Positions 37,101 through 50,900 of a DNA stretch of 64,000 nt are shown in pieces (the stretch's first letter is position 1; each line of letters begins with the position of its first letter). Below the pieces are notes generated by a model. The model did not search any database, had not been told where the DNA came from, and saw nothing but the letters and a program-made list of their open reading frames with translations. Source of the DNA: Chrysomallon squamiferum. Lineage: Eukaryota > Animalia > Mollusca. The position numbers and the translations under genes were made by a program. Where the stretch lies: assembly GCA_012295275.1 (NCBI GenBank), contig CM022673.1, positions 13,516,001-13,580,000 on the forward strand, read 5' to 3'.

Positions 37101-40100
37101 AGGGTCTATTGGCTTTGGCTTTCTGGAAAATTACAAACCAAGTTGTAAATCAAAGAAAACTAGTTGTAATCATGTTTTAAACTGTATTAGACAACATTAC
37201 AGAGTTTTAGATGCTGAAGTGATTGTATTAGTATATTTATTGGGTTCTAACAAAGGTTTGTGGTGTTTATAAGCGAAATTTAAAGATAATTTTCAGATAT
37301 CTGCACATAGTGCCATTTTGTTCACCTTTCAGAATATACTTGTATGTTATATATTTCTTTCACAGGTGAAATGAAAATCACATGCTCAAAACACCTCTGA
37401 TTCAAAAATGCTAATAAATCTGTTGCCAATCAAATATTTAAATATGGTATAATAATAATAATAATATATTTATAAAATAACCTAGTTAACAATTTGGTAC
37501 AGTTTGTCCAATTCTCAACTTGTGTTCACAGCTACTAATGTATGTGAACAAAATAATAATAAAATAAAAAATGAAACAATAATTAAAAACTGACAAGTTA
37601 CAAAGTGTACAAAAGATTGTCTGATTAAACTATTTCTTTGTGTCCTAGCTCTACTCCACATTCACCTGTGACTAAATTAGTATTTGCTGTTTGATGTTTA
37701 CCTGTATTCTCGTTTACACATGCCAACAGGCCAGTCAGACATGAGATGCCCGTTTGTTGGGTAAATCATAGGAATCATTGAATATGGAGTCAGTTCATCA
37801 TCAATGTGAATGGGATGGAGAGCCTGAACCTGCAAAAACAAAATTATCTTTAGTAGAATATCTTGTAAAAAACAAAACAATTCCTTCAGTAGAATATCCT
37901 GTAAAAATAAAATTTTCTTTAGTAGAATATCTTGTAAAAAAAAAAAACAATTCCTTTAGTGGAATATCCTGTAAAACCAAAATCATCTTTAGTGGAGTGT
38001 TTTGTATTCTTTTAGTGGAATTCTTATAAAAACAAAATTATCTTTAGTGAAATATTTTGTAAAAACAAATCATCTTTGTTGGAATATCTTGTAAAAATAC
38101 AAGAATATACAGGTTGAGGATTTTCTGAAAGTCTGGATTCCAAAACCTTTTCTAGACAGCAAAATTAGTAATATGTTACTGTTTTCAGATTGTTTTGTAT
38201 GTACAAACCTTATTTTATGCACAAAATTATAATAAAATATTATGTATAAAACATTCTGCAGACTCTGTGTATAAGCTATATATAAAATATAAATGGAATT
38301 CACATTTAGACTTATTTTCATAATATGAAGCACCTCTGATACCAAGCATTTTGAATCTGTACTTTATTACTATGTGACATATATGGGTGTGTGTGTTGGT
38401 AACTAGTTAATTAAAAATCAACTGATAACATTTTAAATGTTTGGCTGACTATCACATCAATTTTGTTGCTTGTTAGAAATGAATTCAGGGACTGTTTTGT
38501 ATTTCTAAAACATCTAAAACTAACAGGCTGTTTTCCAAACATTCTGTACTCCATTGTTTGAAGTGATATTTTGTTTCTGAAGCTAGAAAAGGCATCTGGA
38601 GAATTTCTAGAAAGTTGTGTGAAATTTTTATCCTCAACCTGTTCAAAAATAATAATCACATAAAAACATCATCAAACTCGTCTCTGATGATGTTATCTTC
38701 TTCTTCTCTTCTCTTCACCCGAGTGGTTTATGGATTCTAAATCAAGCATTCTTATCACACAATGTTTATTAAAATACTTCAACTTACTGGATCGGGGAAC
38801 TCGGTTGGTTCAGGGTACATGTTGAAACAACAGTTGTCTCCGAGAGTGAACTCGTGTAGCATGCCGTGACTGTCACCGAACATCATCGCCTGGCACGACG
38901 GCGACATGTCGAATGACGTGATCGCCGACCCATTTGTGTTCACCTGGTAAAACACCATTGGAGGAGGCATTGCCACTGCTTCTACCAGCTCAAAGTGACC
39001 AGTCTGAATTTTTTATAAACAAAAAAAATTAAATTAGTTATTGATAATGTGAATGGAAGGGCTTTATTAGAAATAAAAAGAAATTAAATATTATTTAGAA
39101 AAAGAAGATGTGTGGATGATTATGGAATTAAAAACTTTAATTATTAAGTATGAAGATAATTATAACTGGAAAAGGAATGCAACTAATAAATAAGAATTTA
39201 TTTTAATAAAATATAACAAAAAATAATGTAAATAACCTGGTATATTAAGAATTTTTTTTTTTTTTTTTTTTTTTTATTTTTAATATTCCTTACTTTTTAT
39301 ATCTACCCTTTAATAAACCCCTCCCTCCCCTCAGGAATCATTTCCAGCCCTGTTTTGCCCAGTGATGTTTTTTTTATACAAAAGAACTCAATAGAAGCAA
39401 AAGACATCACACTGAAAAGGCCTCATTTTTTAAAAATCCTGAATCCCCCTGATAATGCAGTTAAATGTAATAAAATGCTGTAACAATAAATTATTGTTAA
39501 CAACAGAATTTGGGCCTCTGTATATGTACATCTAACTTTGAGAAAGGAAATAAATACGGGCAGATGCTAAGTCATGCGTAAATACAATGATGTAGTTCAT
39601 TAATAATTAACCTGCGACACGATGGCCAGTTTGTTGCTGTAGTCGGGAACAAATCTGATGAACATCGGATCAACATGGACTTGCATCGGCGCTACAGCTC
39701 TCATCACTCGCATGTCATACACCATCAAAAACCTGTCTGCTGTCAGGTTACCCATTCTGTAATCAAAACAATCTTTCTAAACTCTACTTTTGTTTATGCT
39801 GATTTTATCAACAAAGTACATTTTGATTTGTCTTGTTTGCTAATTATAAAATATGACAATAATGTAAAAAAAAAAATCTATTTAAAAAAAAAAGTTATTT
39901 ATAAATAGATGCCCATTTTCTTTCTCTTCTTCTTTCAAATAAAATGATCTATAAGTACATGGATGAAACTGCATTTTTCTAAAACCATGTTTAAAATAAC
40001 TGTGTATAAAACAATTTATCACTGATATGAAAGTAAATAAACATGGATGAGTAAATATTCAGTAAAAATGCACACACATAAAACACACTAATATACATAT

Positions 40101-42849
40101 ATGTTATAATTATTAAATTTGTTTAAAAATGCCTCCTTGAATCTCATTCCATTTTTCCTAAGTAGCTTAAAATAACTGGAAATGCTTTCGCTAAAAGTAA
40201 AACTGACTATAAAGTTTTGTACCTGTTAGAAAAACCACAGGTTACCAGCAGATGTTCATGTACATCGAAGTCAGACAAAGTCCCTGAATGTGCATCCAGC
40301 ACATGTTCTGCTTTCATTGTGTTTGGATCATACAACTTTACCTACAAATACAGTAATATATATTTTATAAAAAAGGTAATATTATATAATAAATTAATGT
40401 TTTCTCCAGATTGAAAAAAGGGCAGGACTGAGAAAGTCTCATAATTAAACTTTCATGAATATTTGATGGAGCTAAAAACTGCTTTTTGTATTTGTTTATT
40501 GGTGCTAAAAAGTGTTTGTTTGCCTGACAAATTTCTCCATATGACAATAATTATAGACATTTTGTTAGGAAATATTGTAATAATTATCAGCACATTTTAT
40601 TGAGAATTTAGGAAAATGAAGGTGGGCATTTTCTGAATTTTGGGCACAAGGGCATCCACAAAATGGGGTTGGGTGGGCCACCCTTCTATTCCTGCATAGC
40701 TGTAAGTTTATAACACTAATAAATTATAAAAAAGAAAATCTCTACCTTTCCACTTGTGTCCCCAGCACAAATGAATCTAGCTGACTGGCGAAAAATTGCA
40801 CAACCAGGTTCACCAATATCAAACTGAAAAAATACACATTAGTAACAACAAATCTTAAACAGTTCAGAAAGAAAATATGTTTTGGAAAAATATTAATACA
40901 CAATGATTCAACAATTCAGATATAATCATTTGGATGGGGTCTGACATAGAGAGTCAGCTGTCATTAGTCAATCCTTAAACAATTCAGAATAAAATATATT
41001 TTTAAAAAATATTAATAGTCAAACCTATCATCAATCACTATTGTCAAGTGAAAATCTTAAAAACAATTCATTATTTAATTCCATATTGGCTCTTTTCAAT
41101 AAATTTTCTTCTTTCTCTAAAAGTGCCTCATGTTATTGTTGTTTTGTGGTGGCTTACTTAATTCTTTCTCTCATTTTCTTTTCTTTTCCTAAATTTTTTT
41201 TTTTTACACAATATTATTATACATAAATTGATAACTACTACAATAACAATGTCAATACTTAGTTTTTATTTCAAAACAGATGGTGTTTTCACTGACCTGG
41301 TTCATTTCTTGACCCTTTGTGAGGTCAAACTCGACCACCTTGCTCTGATGACCTCCCATGAGGACTGCACTAGGTCCGGTCATCATCATACACTGCATGT
41401 CCTGCATGCTTTCCTGACCACTGCAAACATTACACAGCAAATTAAACATTACACAACAAATTAACAAACATTTCAAAACAATGTTAGTTAACACAACTAC
41501 AGAATTACCACACCACATTTACTGTTCTAGGTTAAACTTCAGTTGCCAATTAATTTCTCTTTTCTATTTTTATAATTTTTAAATCATTACTGGATATCAG
41601 TACTTACTACTTCAGAAATTTCACACTGCTATCCTATTACTATCAAGCAATATTTTATACATACATTTCTATTGCATTTGATGATTTAGAAACAGAGCTG
41701 GTTTAGTTTAGAGAGTAAGAAACTGAGATTTGAAAATGATAATTTACATACAAGTAAATGTCAATAACCAAACACCCAATAACAGGACTAATTACTTAAT
41801 TAGCAGTAAGATCTGCTAACTATCTGTCAATGAACAATGATCTGTCAGGCTTCTGCTTATTGAACAAACTGCCTATTCTATGTGAGATTTTTCAGTTGTT
41901 TACTTTTATAATTTGCTCCACAACGGTCTGTTCAGCATTAAAGGTATAAATTATAATTCAGTGTAGTTCTCTATTTATTTTTTTATTTACTTACTGATAA
42001 TTCAAGATGGAGAGACCTCTCCTGATGGAGAGTCTGAGAGTGTTTTTGGTGAGAAAGAGGATTCCACTGTCTAAAGGAAGAATCTGGCGGATGTCGTTTG
42101 ATGCGTGAACTTGAAATGATGTGTATTTCTGCATGTCTATCCCATAGTATGATGTCACATGGCCCTGGAATAGAAATTATGCAAGATATGTCCAAAGTGT
42201 CACTTCAGAAAACTTCTACTGAAGAAATAATAATCACTTCAAATGTGTTTTAATATAACCATATTTGATATTGCTACCATATTTCTGTACATTAGTCTCA
42301 ATCAAGATAAACATGCATAATTTAGCCATATTACAACCTATTATTTCTATATTACACTATTACCAAAATATAAATCTTAAATTTAAATCTTACACAAGAT
42401 CTAAAATATTACCTCATAAAAAGTTCCTCAGAAAACTATTAGGAAATTTGTAAAAAATGTAACCCCTTTATCAATATTTTATTTTAAAAAACATTCACTG
42501 ATGCTAAAAAGAACATTTAAACTTTTGATAATATGTAAGATTAACCAAGTCATTTATTTTATAAAACAATAAAAATTAGAATTACCCCAGTGTTCCCAAC
42601 CCAGATAAGTTCTTGTCGAGTGTCAAAGGTCATTGTTGATACACCAAAGTGCCCCCCTCCATCCATCAGAACACTGGCATGCTGGGAAAAGTCGGTACCT
42701 CCTCCACCACCTTCCCCATAAATCTGTCCCATGTGTTGCTGTTGGAAACCATCTCCCATCATTCCATGCTGATGATGTTGCAGCATGTCACTATGCATTG
42801 CCCCAGGTGGGTAGTTACCATGCCCACCAGTAATCCTGGAGTAGTCCAT
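25059..42849 (-). CDS. PAN2: PAN2 poly(A)-specific ribonuclease catalytic subunit (WD40 - pseudo-UCH - DEDD exonuclease), ~1252 aa, 27 coding exons
   Basis: Exons (-): 42849-42586, 42164-41995, 41420-41297, 40823-40746, 40341-40223, 39756-39612, 39003-38788, 37829-37702, 37122-36947, 36475-36315, 35594-35466, 34897-34748, 34094-33919, 33453-33415, 31316-31177, 31028-30916, 30489-30391, 30049-29916, 29644-29518, 28825-28628, 28397-28307, 27904-27750, 27266-27181, 26878-26821, 26550-26371, 25844-25751, 25267-25059, all phase-compatible. Motifs: [76 protein letters not shown]. Confidence 0.97.
27895..28003. repeat. ~46-bp tandem repeat anchored on a PAN2 acceptor
   Basis: TTCTTCA(C/G)T(G/A)GA occurs at ~27898, ~27944 and ~27990; the first copy is the real intron/exon junction. 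Confidence 0.7.
28855..29045. repeat. (AAT)n microsatellite
   Basis: Long, near-pure AAT run; it is the source of the spurious poly-N ORF. Confidence 0.95.
34179..34390 (-). mobile_element. Dispersed repeat copy 1 (SINE-like fragment) in a PAN2 intron
   Basis: The reverse complement aligns with 51478-51700: (TTAT)n-ACTGTAA.TTGTAAATGCTGCTACTGA..AACAAAATTACTATCTTGC...GTGGC.C.ATAGGT.GCAG.TTCAGTAC.CCTGGGTGTGT...TTTCCAG. GGTTCAGTAC is B-box-like. The element class is inferred. Confidence 0.7.
37828..38100. repeat. ~34-bp minisatellite (about 8 units) abutting a PAN2 acceptor
   Basis: Units of C(C/T)TGTAAAAACAAAATTATCTTTAGT(A/G)GAATAT. The first unit carries the true acceptor (37830-31). Confidence 0.85.
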
Positions 42850-45800
42850 AATTCTTTATAAAAAATTTATCTGAAAGAAAATTAAATTAAAAATATGCAT
42901 TAGATATATATAAGTTAACAGTAGCAATTTTTACCCATTATTAGCTTCAGTGGCAAGAAAGAACCAGCAAAGACATATTTTACTTAAACAAATTTTTTGT
43001 AGCTATATTATGAAGTAAAATAATCTAATTTTGATTTTCAAAACACATACAAAAAAACAAAAAACAAAAAATCTGTTGTAAATCTATTTATTAATTATAT
43101 ATTTATCTTTACATACCAATGTGAAAAATATGATTAAATCAAGAAATTAATATGATATTAATGATTTCTTAAAATAATTTATTTTATTAGCCAAAACCTG
43201 AAATTTATTTTTAAAAATGTAAAACTAAAAAAAAAAAAAAAAACGGTATATCAGATTTTAAGTTATAGTAATAAATCAATGAACAAAATACTGCAGATTG
43301 TACACATTTTATTATTATTATTTTTTCAAATCATAAATTCATGGATATTAACATAAAGCAAAAACTGATAAAAATAAATTTTTAAGAAATGCTTATTTAA
43401 ATATCACAAAGAGAATTTAACACACTGCTTATCATTTCCCTTTTGTTTTAATCTCATAATTCATTAAACTAACAAGAACCAACAACACATGCCTGTGTGC
43501 TTTAGGCTTTGTCCATTTTTTCTGAATATGGTTATGCTTCCTTTGTTTTTCTTTGAATTGAATATGTAGACATTCTCCTCGCTATCTTCATCAATGTGCA
43601 TTAGTTATTTTTTCAAACCTGGAATAATCCACAGATCATCACACACAAACTTCACAGCCTTTTCCAGTTAACAGAAATACCATGGAGCATACTGTAGTCT
43701 TGACTACCAGGTAAAAATTAATTAGTAAAAGTGAAGGCCACCAACACCATCACAAACACACAAAAAAAACTAACAAAAATTCTTAAATGATTTGATATAA
43801 TAAACTGATGCAAAAATAATTTTATTTGAATTTGAATTTTTATTCCCGTAAACTGATAAAGAAATAAAAATGGAAAATTATTTCAAGGAGTTATTAAAAT
43901 ATACCTATTGTGAAATGAATACAAAGGTTATATTTAACATGTTAAGAAATATAGTTTGTTTTATTTAACATTGAGAAAAATCCCACTCTTAGTTAATGAT
44001 AAATCTTAAAACAGCAAGCTTTACAAAATGTGTTTAAGACACCATGTTTTTCCAGCGTTATTTTGTACACAGAATTGTGAACTAAATCTTAGTTCACTGA
44101 AGAAATGATACATTTCAGTTTTCAACAACAAATAATAGCACCTAGCATGCTCATCTTTGAACTTGATTTTAGCAAAAATTGTGGTTTTAAAAAAAAAATC
44201 CAATTCAAAATCCAGTGTATCCAATTAGGCTTTTTGGTTGTACTATAACTGGATCAAAATCACTGATTATTAGCTACTTGAAATAATTTAGTTTCAGTTA
44301 GTAATATACTAAACATCCAAATTATCGACTCATTATTCTTACTTATCGAACGCTAACTGTTTAGACTTGGGGTAGAAAGTGGCATTCTGAACATACTTAA
44401 CCAAGATAGATGTGTCCTATTATAAAAATAAAATGTATTTGTGTCTTTATATATTTACTTTACAGACACACACACACACACACACAGTTATTCAGTTAAG
44501 GATATATATATATATATATATATATATCTGTATCTTAATATCAATATTTCTCTTACCCACGTATATAAGAATGTTGATTAAGCACAAATTGATTTCAAGA
44601 TGTCTCTTTCTTTTAACAATTAAATTCAGATTCATCTAATACTGATTGTTAACTTTTCTACTGTCTCAAGGTCATTTAGTTACAGAGAATATTTACTGCT
44701 GCATCTGTTCAAAGACATCACTGTCCTAGTGCAGATACCTGAAACAAAAATTATATAAAAGTTATTATTAATACATTCACACATACTCAGAACAAGAACA
44801 AAATGAAAAATAGGTAATTTTATAAAGTACATTTACAAGAATATATGTAAAAATATCAAAACAAAACGTTTCTTTATAAGACAGTTTATAGATATAGTGT
44901 CATTACAATTTTAAAAATAATTTTTAATGAACTTTACCTTTTTCAAAGATCTGAATTCAGTTTAATTGTCTGTTTTCTGCGATTAAAAAGATGGCATGTA
45001 ATCTTCATAAAATGTATGAAAATTTTAAAATCATCTTGGCCATCTTTAAAAGGAATTCAAATCAAATTAGCCAACATTAATATCAGCTTACTTGAAATAT
45101 CATTAGGATGAACAGTAACACATTTTTCCTTTATCTTTTTAAAATTTGGAAAATGAATGTATCCAGGTCAAATATTAATTTAGGACTAAAATTATTTAAA
45201 ATTTTGCTCTCTCTTGATCTCACAATTACTTTTTATTTATCCAAAATAATAAATGTTTGCAGTGGATCCTCAACCCACATTTTTTTCTTTCAAAATATTT
45301 ATCATTCATTTTTTCAGTTTAAATAACAAAAACAAAAAACAAAGTATCTGAGGCTGTTATGGGTCTGACTACATAAAATATATATTCCAAGGTTTCCAAA
45401 TGAACAGTATGTTAAAAAATAACAATAATAATAATTTAAAAAATCTAGGTGCAATTAAAACATTCAGCAACATATGCATTTTTATATCAGAATAAACTGT
45501 ACAGTGTATTTGAACAAAAGGAAATATATTTATTGATTTTGTACTTTGCAAGTAAACAATGTCTCCAAGTCTAATTTGCTTTTTGGTACATAATTTCTAA
45601 CATGGATGCACCCTATTTAATTTTGTTATACCTGGAAAAGGTGAGTTAAAAATTAACAAGATATTCTGTGTGACATGCCTGTTGCATATTAAAGTTACAA
45701 GCATTGCTTCATTGTAATTCACCGTTTAGTATTTGTTAGTTAAACTATAATTTAAATGGACAGCATTGATTTAATATACTTCGAAAGTCTTAAATGCTTG

Positions 45801-46079
45801 GTTATTTATATTAAGTGTAACTTCATAAATATCTCTTTAGTATCGGTGCATTTTGTTATGAGATATAAATAAAACTGAAAACTAGATCACTGAAAGAGTT
45901 TTACTTTTTGATGATTAAAAAAACTTTACAAATTAAACGAGATTTAAACTCATATTATGATGCAATTTATCTGGTCACTGTGATTTGTAAAAAGAAAAAA
46001 AACAACAGATCACAAAATGATTTTTAAAAATGCTACAAATAAATGCTTCAACACTGATTGTGAAAAAGTTTGTTCTCAC

Positions 46080-46300
46080 CATCGGTAAAACTTTTCTGAA
46101 ACCCCCTAAAAAACCAAAACAATAAAAGCACCCACGTCGTCTTTTATAGCGACAAACGGCAGCCCACGCATCCACTAAAAATCGTCTTTTACGTTATGCA
46201 CGGATGGAAATAAGACAATGAAAGAATCGACACGTTGCAGAGACACGAGGAGCTCAGCTCCTTTCACCAAATATTTGACCAATAAGGTTCACCATGATGA
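46080..46300 (-). promoter_or_regulatory. Probable PAN2 promoter and non-coding first exon
   Basis: First CpG-rich patch upstream of the PAN2 CDS, with a minus-strand donor ATG|GTGAGA at 46079 and CCAAT at ~46279. An acceptor lies 21 nt upstream of ATG 42849. Confidence 0.55.
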
Positions 46301-48029
46301 AAGGCTGAAAACAAAGTGGTGTAAAAACAACAATACCAAAATTTGTTTTTGCCTGAAAGAATATTTACAGGGGAGATAATCAAGAATGGTCTGTATAAAC
46401 ATCGAAAAGGACAAAAAAAGCATACCGGTACGAATACAAACGAAAACAAAACTACATTAATTTAAGACAGGAAGGGAAATCCCGTAACACTTATAATATA
46501 CAAAACACTAAAACGAAATTACATTAACCTATTGTTTAATTTAAACATCTTCATTTCATGGTGCATTTACACTGGATTTATTTTATTTTATTTTATTTAT
46601 ATCCTTTGATTATAAATTATTTTGACGAATGTATTTTTTTCTGGGTAACGAGCTGTGTGTTTTTACTTGTCTATGTATATTAGTGTATATGCGTGCACAT
46701 GTGTGTGTGTATGTCTGCAATCAACTTCGTTAAAATTTCAGTTTGTAGGTCTAATTGTTATATATTTAAAGTATTACCGCGTTCGTTATCAGTCTAATGA
46801 AGAACCATAAATATCTCTGTTAATGTCTTATTGTTTTATACCAAGAGATAAATCAGAACATTTTAAATTCGAATCTTAAAGAAGCCTATTTCTCTTTAAA
46901 GTAAATATTATTCAAAGACAAGCTGTGCTCTGAGTTTGTAGCGAAGGACACCAAATTTCGTGAATGTTTGTTTTTATTAAACTGTATAGTTTATCTCTCT
47001 TTATAATTGTATATCTATATCTGTAATCTGTCTGTCAGTATGTAACTGACTGTATGTATGTTTGTATTTATAAAAAAACCTAACGAACACACCAAACAAA
47101 ACACAAAAAATCACTACCTTCAAGATCAACCTTCCTCGAAACCCAAGATAATATGCATATTCATTATCATAATCATTAACATCATTATTTTAATATTATT
47201 ATCATTATCATCATCGTAAATTAATATTTTCAATATTAATATTATTCCTTTTACTACTACTGTGACAAAATTAAAACAACTGCATAATTATAGTAAGAAT
47301 AGTGATGCAGATTCCGTAGCCCCGAAATTATCTTTTTATTTATTTATTTACTTACTTATTTATTATCTGATTTAGATGGCAAATGGTTCATATAAAAAAG
47401 AAATGAGTATAATTATTCTTATAATTATCACATACACACACAAACACGCGACTTAATATTTGTTGTTGGTAGTCAATAGTACCAAATGGGTAGACACAAA
47501 AATATGGATCCGCTTTTCATATCATCATGTCAAAAATGTCGAATAAATAAATAAATAAATAAAATAAAAAGACAAACAAACCAAGAACAACAACGAATAA
47601 ATAAAAATGAAACAAACAAAAACCTCTTTTAAATCAAACTTTTATACTGACGTAATAGAAAATAGAAAGAACCGGAAGCAATTGTAATCAATTGTGTGAC
47701 GTCATGTGTTTATAATAAGTAGCTTGACAACTGTCATTTGAATTCCGTCGTCGAGGTGTAAACATGTCTACCACTAGCAACTACAGTTGACTTTTTAGAC
47801 CATTTCCATTGGCTTAGAGTTAACAAATTGTTAAGGAGAAGACAACGAATACAGAAACTTTGACAAAATCAACATTTCATTGCTTCACGAAAAGAACTTT
47901 TGAAAAACTACAAATTCAATCATTTACTTAACAGTATCTTGCGTAAAGTGTATTGAAACTGAAACAGAATCAACATCAAGCGTGCTAACCTAAACACTGA
48001 ACATCGTGTCTTGAACACACACAGAGAGC

Positions 48030-49250
48030 ACCTTGAATATGTATGTGTGTATACATGTATATGTGTGTGTGTGTGTATGTGTGTGATTATATGCTCAGTG
48101 TATACATAGACAAACATAGCACACTCGAAAATATACACGATTTACAATATGCATATATTCGTACATATAAGCATATATGCATGCATACATACTTAGGTAC
48201 ATGCTAAATACACACTGAGAATATACACACACACATACATACACACTACACACCTATTGCATAGACATATATATATATGTATATAGACAGATGTACCTTG
48301 ACTTACGAGTTTAATTCATTCGGTGACCGAGCTCGTAACTCAGATATATATATATATATAAAATGCATACACAGATGCATATAAATATATGTATACATGT
48401 ACGTATATATGTTGGTGTGTGAGTATATATGAATGTGCGTATGTACATGTGCATGTGTGCTTCTGTAAATTTATGATATAACTATATTCATTATCTCTCT
48501 CCATGTATATGTACATACGTGTGTGTATACGTGTAAATATATATATATATATAAATGTGTATACTTATGTATGTATACATGTTTGTATATTTGTGTATTT
48601 ATATGCTTCAGTGTATGGATGTTTATAATATAAATACAAATACACACATATACAAACATGCTAACATACACACAAACATACATATATACATACACACACA
48701 TATACATACATAAACACATATCCATACATATATTCCTTCATACCTGTCCACACCTTCACACAGACAAATGGACAAAAACAAAATCACTACGTGTACATGT
48801 GCGCGTGCACAAACGCACATGCACACACACACACAACTGTATGTACCTATACACATGCTGACACCAACAAAAAAAAAAAAAACCAAAAATAATAATAATA
48901 ATAATAAAAAAAATTAAACAAATGAACATACACCTATATATACAGACATACACATACGCAGGTAATTATAAGAAGAAACATTTAAACACATACATACCTA
49001 CATGTGTGTGTGTGTGTGTGTGTGTGTTTGTGTAACTTTATATATATGCATACATACATATTTTAAAATACACATACACTTACATACGTTAAAGAACATA
49101 CATATATACTTACGTAAACACAGATAAATATAGATAAACCTATCTACATACAGACAAACACGTATATGTATTTATGCACGCTTTAAAACACATATAAGCA
49201 CACAAATGTATATATATTAAGACAAACGAATGTAGACATACACACATTCT
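48030..49250. repeat. Degenerate (CA/TA/TG)n alternating purine-pyrimidine low-complexity tract
   Basis: Directly visible; it produces several spurious ORFs. Confidence 0.85.
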
Positions 49251-49482
49251 GACTGCAGTAAATACAAACAAATAACACAAAACAATAATACGAACGTATT
49301 TAATGTATTCTATTATTTTACATTTTCACGGTTAATATCCATATAGTCATTCCCTGGATTTACTAATCACTTTCTACTGTCAGTTCTTCTACATAGTTAA
49401 AAGGTGCGACGGTAGTTACCTCCCTTGTTATCTTTTTTTCGACAGCGGTTATTTCCCTTTCATAGGAATCGCTTTGAAGTTT

Positions 49483-49513
<31 letters not shown>

Positions 49514-49579
49514 TAAAATAAAACATTTAAAAGTAGAAACAGTTAGCTTTCACTAACCATTTCACGAACGCACATAATC

Positions 49580-49614
<35 letters not shown>

Positions 49615-49638
49615 ACGATTCTTTATTTTTATTAATAA

Positions 49639-49671
<33 letters not shown>

Positions 49672-50511
49672 AATAATCATCATTGTTATTGTTGTTACTT
49701 TTCCGTCACCGGTTATTGGATATAAAAATTACCTGTGGTACCTTATCTTGTAGTCGAAACCCGTGGGGCCGAGCGAAAATGTCCCTAACATCACAGGTGT
49801 CCCTCATCAAAGGTAACCATTTTACAGTGTTTATTCACATCCACCAGACCAGTACGCACACAAAACATGAATCATCGTTGGCCTTGGCAAGCATCACGGC
49901 TCTCTTGTAAAAGACAAATGCAAACACATCGCTCGCGTTCGTTGATGGATGTAAATAAAATATATTCGCACCTCATAAAATATATATCAAGAAAAAGGTA
50001 TCTTTATGTTTTACAAAATACTGAGTTTGAAATCGAAATACCGCTCAAATTATTGCCAGCCGCACGATCTTTTCGATAAAGAAAAGCCCGCTATAACACT
50101 GTATTTATAAAATATAAATATGCATGGAATAATTTTGAATGATTCATTTATCGAAATATGTACCAAAAAGGGTTGAACTCGCACTGTTTGGCGGGCAAGC
50201 GATTCGAAATGACAACACTTCCAGCATGCACTGTACAGTGCAGAAAATGGATGACACCATCTTTAAAAATATGGTATAAAACTGCCGTACAATAATAAAA
50301 TTATTTATCTTCGAGAAAACAAGCAGCGGAATAATGATAAGGAAATAGTGTTTTTCATCCGCGATCAGTAGATGTCCGCTGATCTAAGGGACATATCCAA
50401 TGAAAAGTGGCCGTCAAAGACAGGTACCACTGGTTATGCTTTTTCCCCAAGTTAGGAAACCAGATACCACGACTTTTCTAACACAGACATGTAGTATTTG
50501 CGGGAATGGAC

Positions 50512-50900
50512 AAGAAGAAGAAGAACAACAACAAAATAATAATAATAATAATTAAAAATAATAATAAATAGTAATAACATTAACGACAACGACAACAACA
50601 ACAACAACAAAAGTAGTAATAATAATAATTAAAAATAATAATAACATTAACAATAACGACAACAACAATAATAATAATGACGATTACAAGAAGAACAACA
50701 ATAATAACGACAACGACAACAACAAAAAACAACAACAACAATAATTACAATTAAAAATAGTAATAACATTAACGCTAACAACAACAAAACATAATAACGA
50801 CGACAACAACAATAACGACAATAATTACAATTAAAAATAGTAATAACATTAACGCTAACAACAACAAAAACAATAACGACGACAACAAAAACAACGATAA
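50512..50900. repeat. (AAC/AAT/GAC)n low-complexity tract with an internal 80-bp tandem duplication
   Basis: 50741-50820 and 50821-50900 both begin ATAATTACAATTAAAAATAGTAATAACATTAACGCTAACAACAAC. Confidence 0.85.

Noticed and set aside
38665-38694. Perfect 10-bp inverted repeat AACATCATCA/TGATGATGTT in a PAN2 intron
   Set aside because: It is short, built from ATC triplets, and has no other support.
43460-43720. Complex-sequence block with a short minus-strand ORF (MHIDEDSEENVYIF...) in the PAN2 leader intron
   Set aside because: I see no recognisable homology or clear splice pair. It could be a UTR exon but this is unsupported.
48302-48340. Small nested palindrome TTACGAG...TCGGTGACCGA.CTCGTAA
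   Set aside because: Too short to distinguish from chance.
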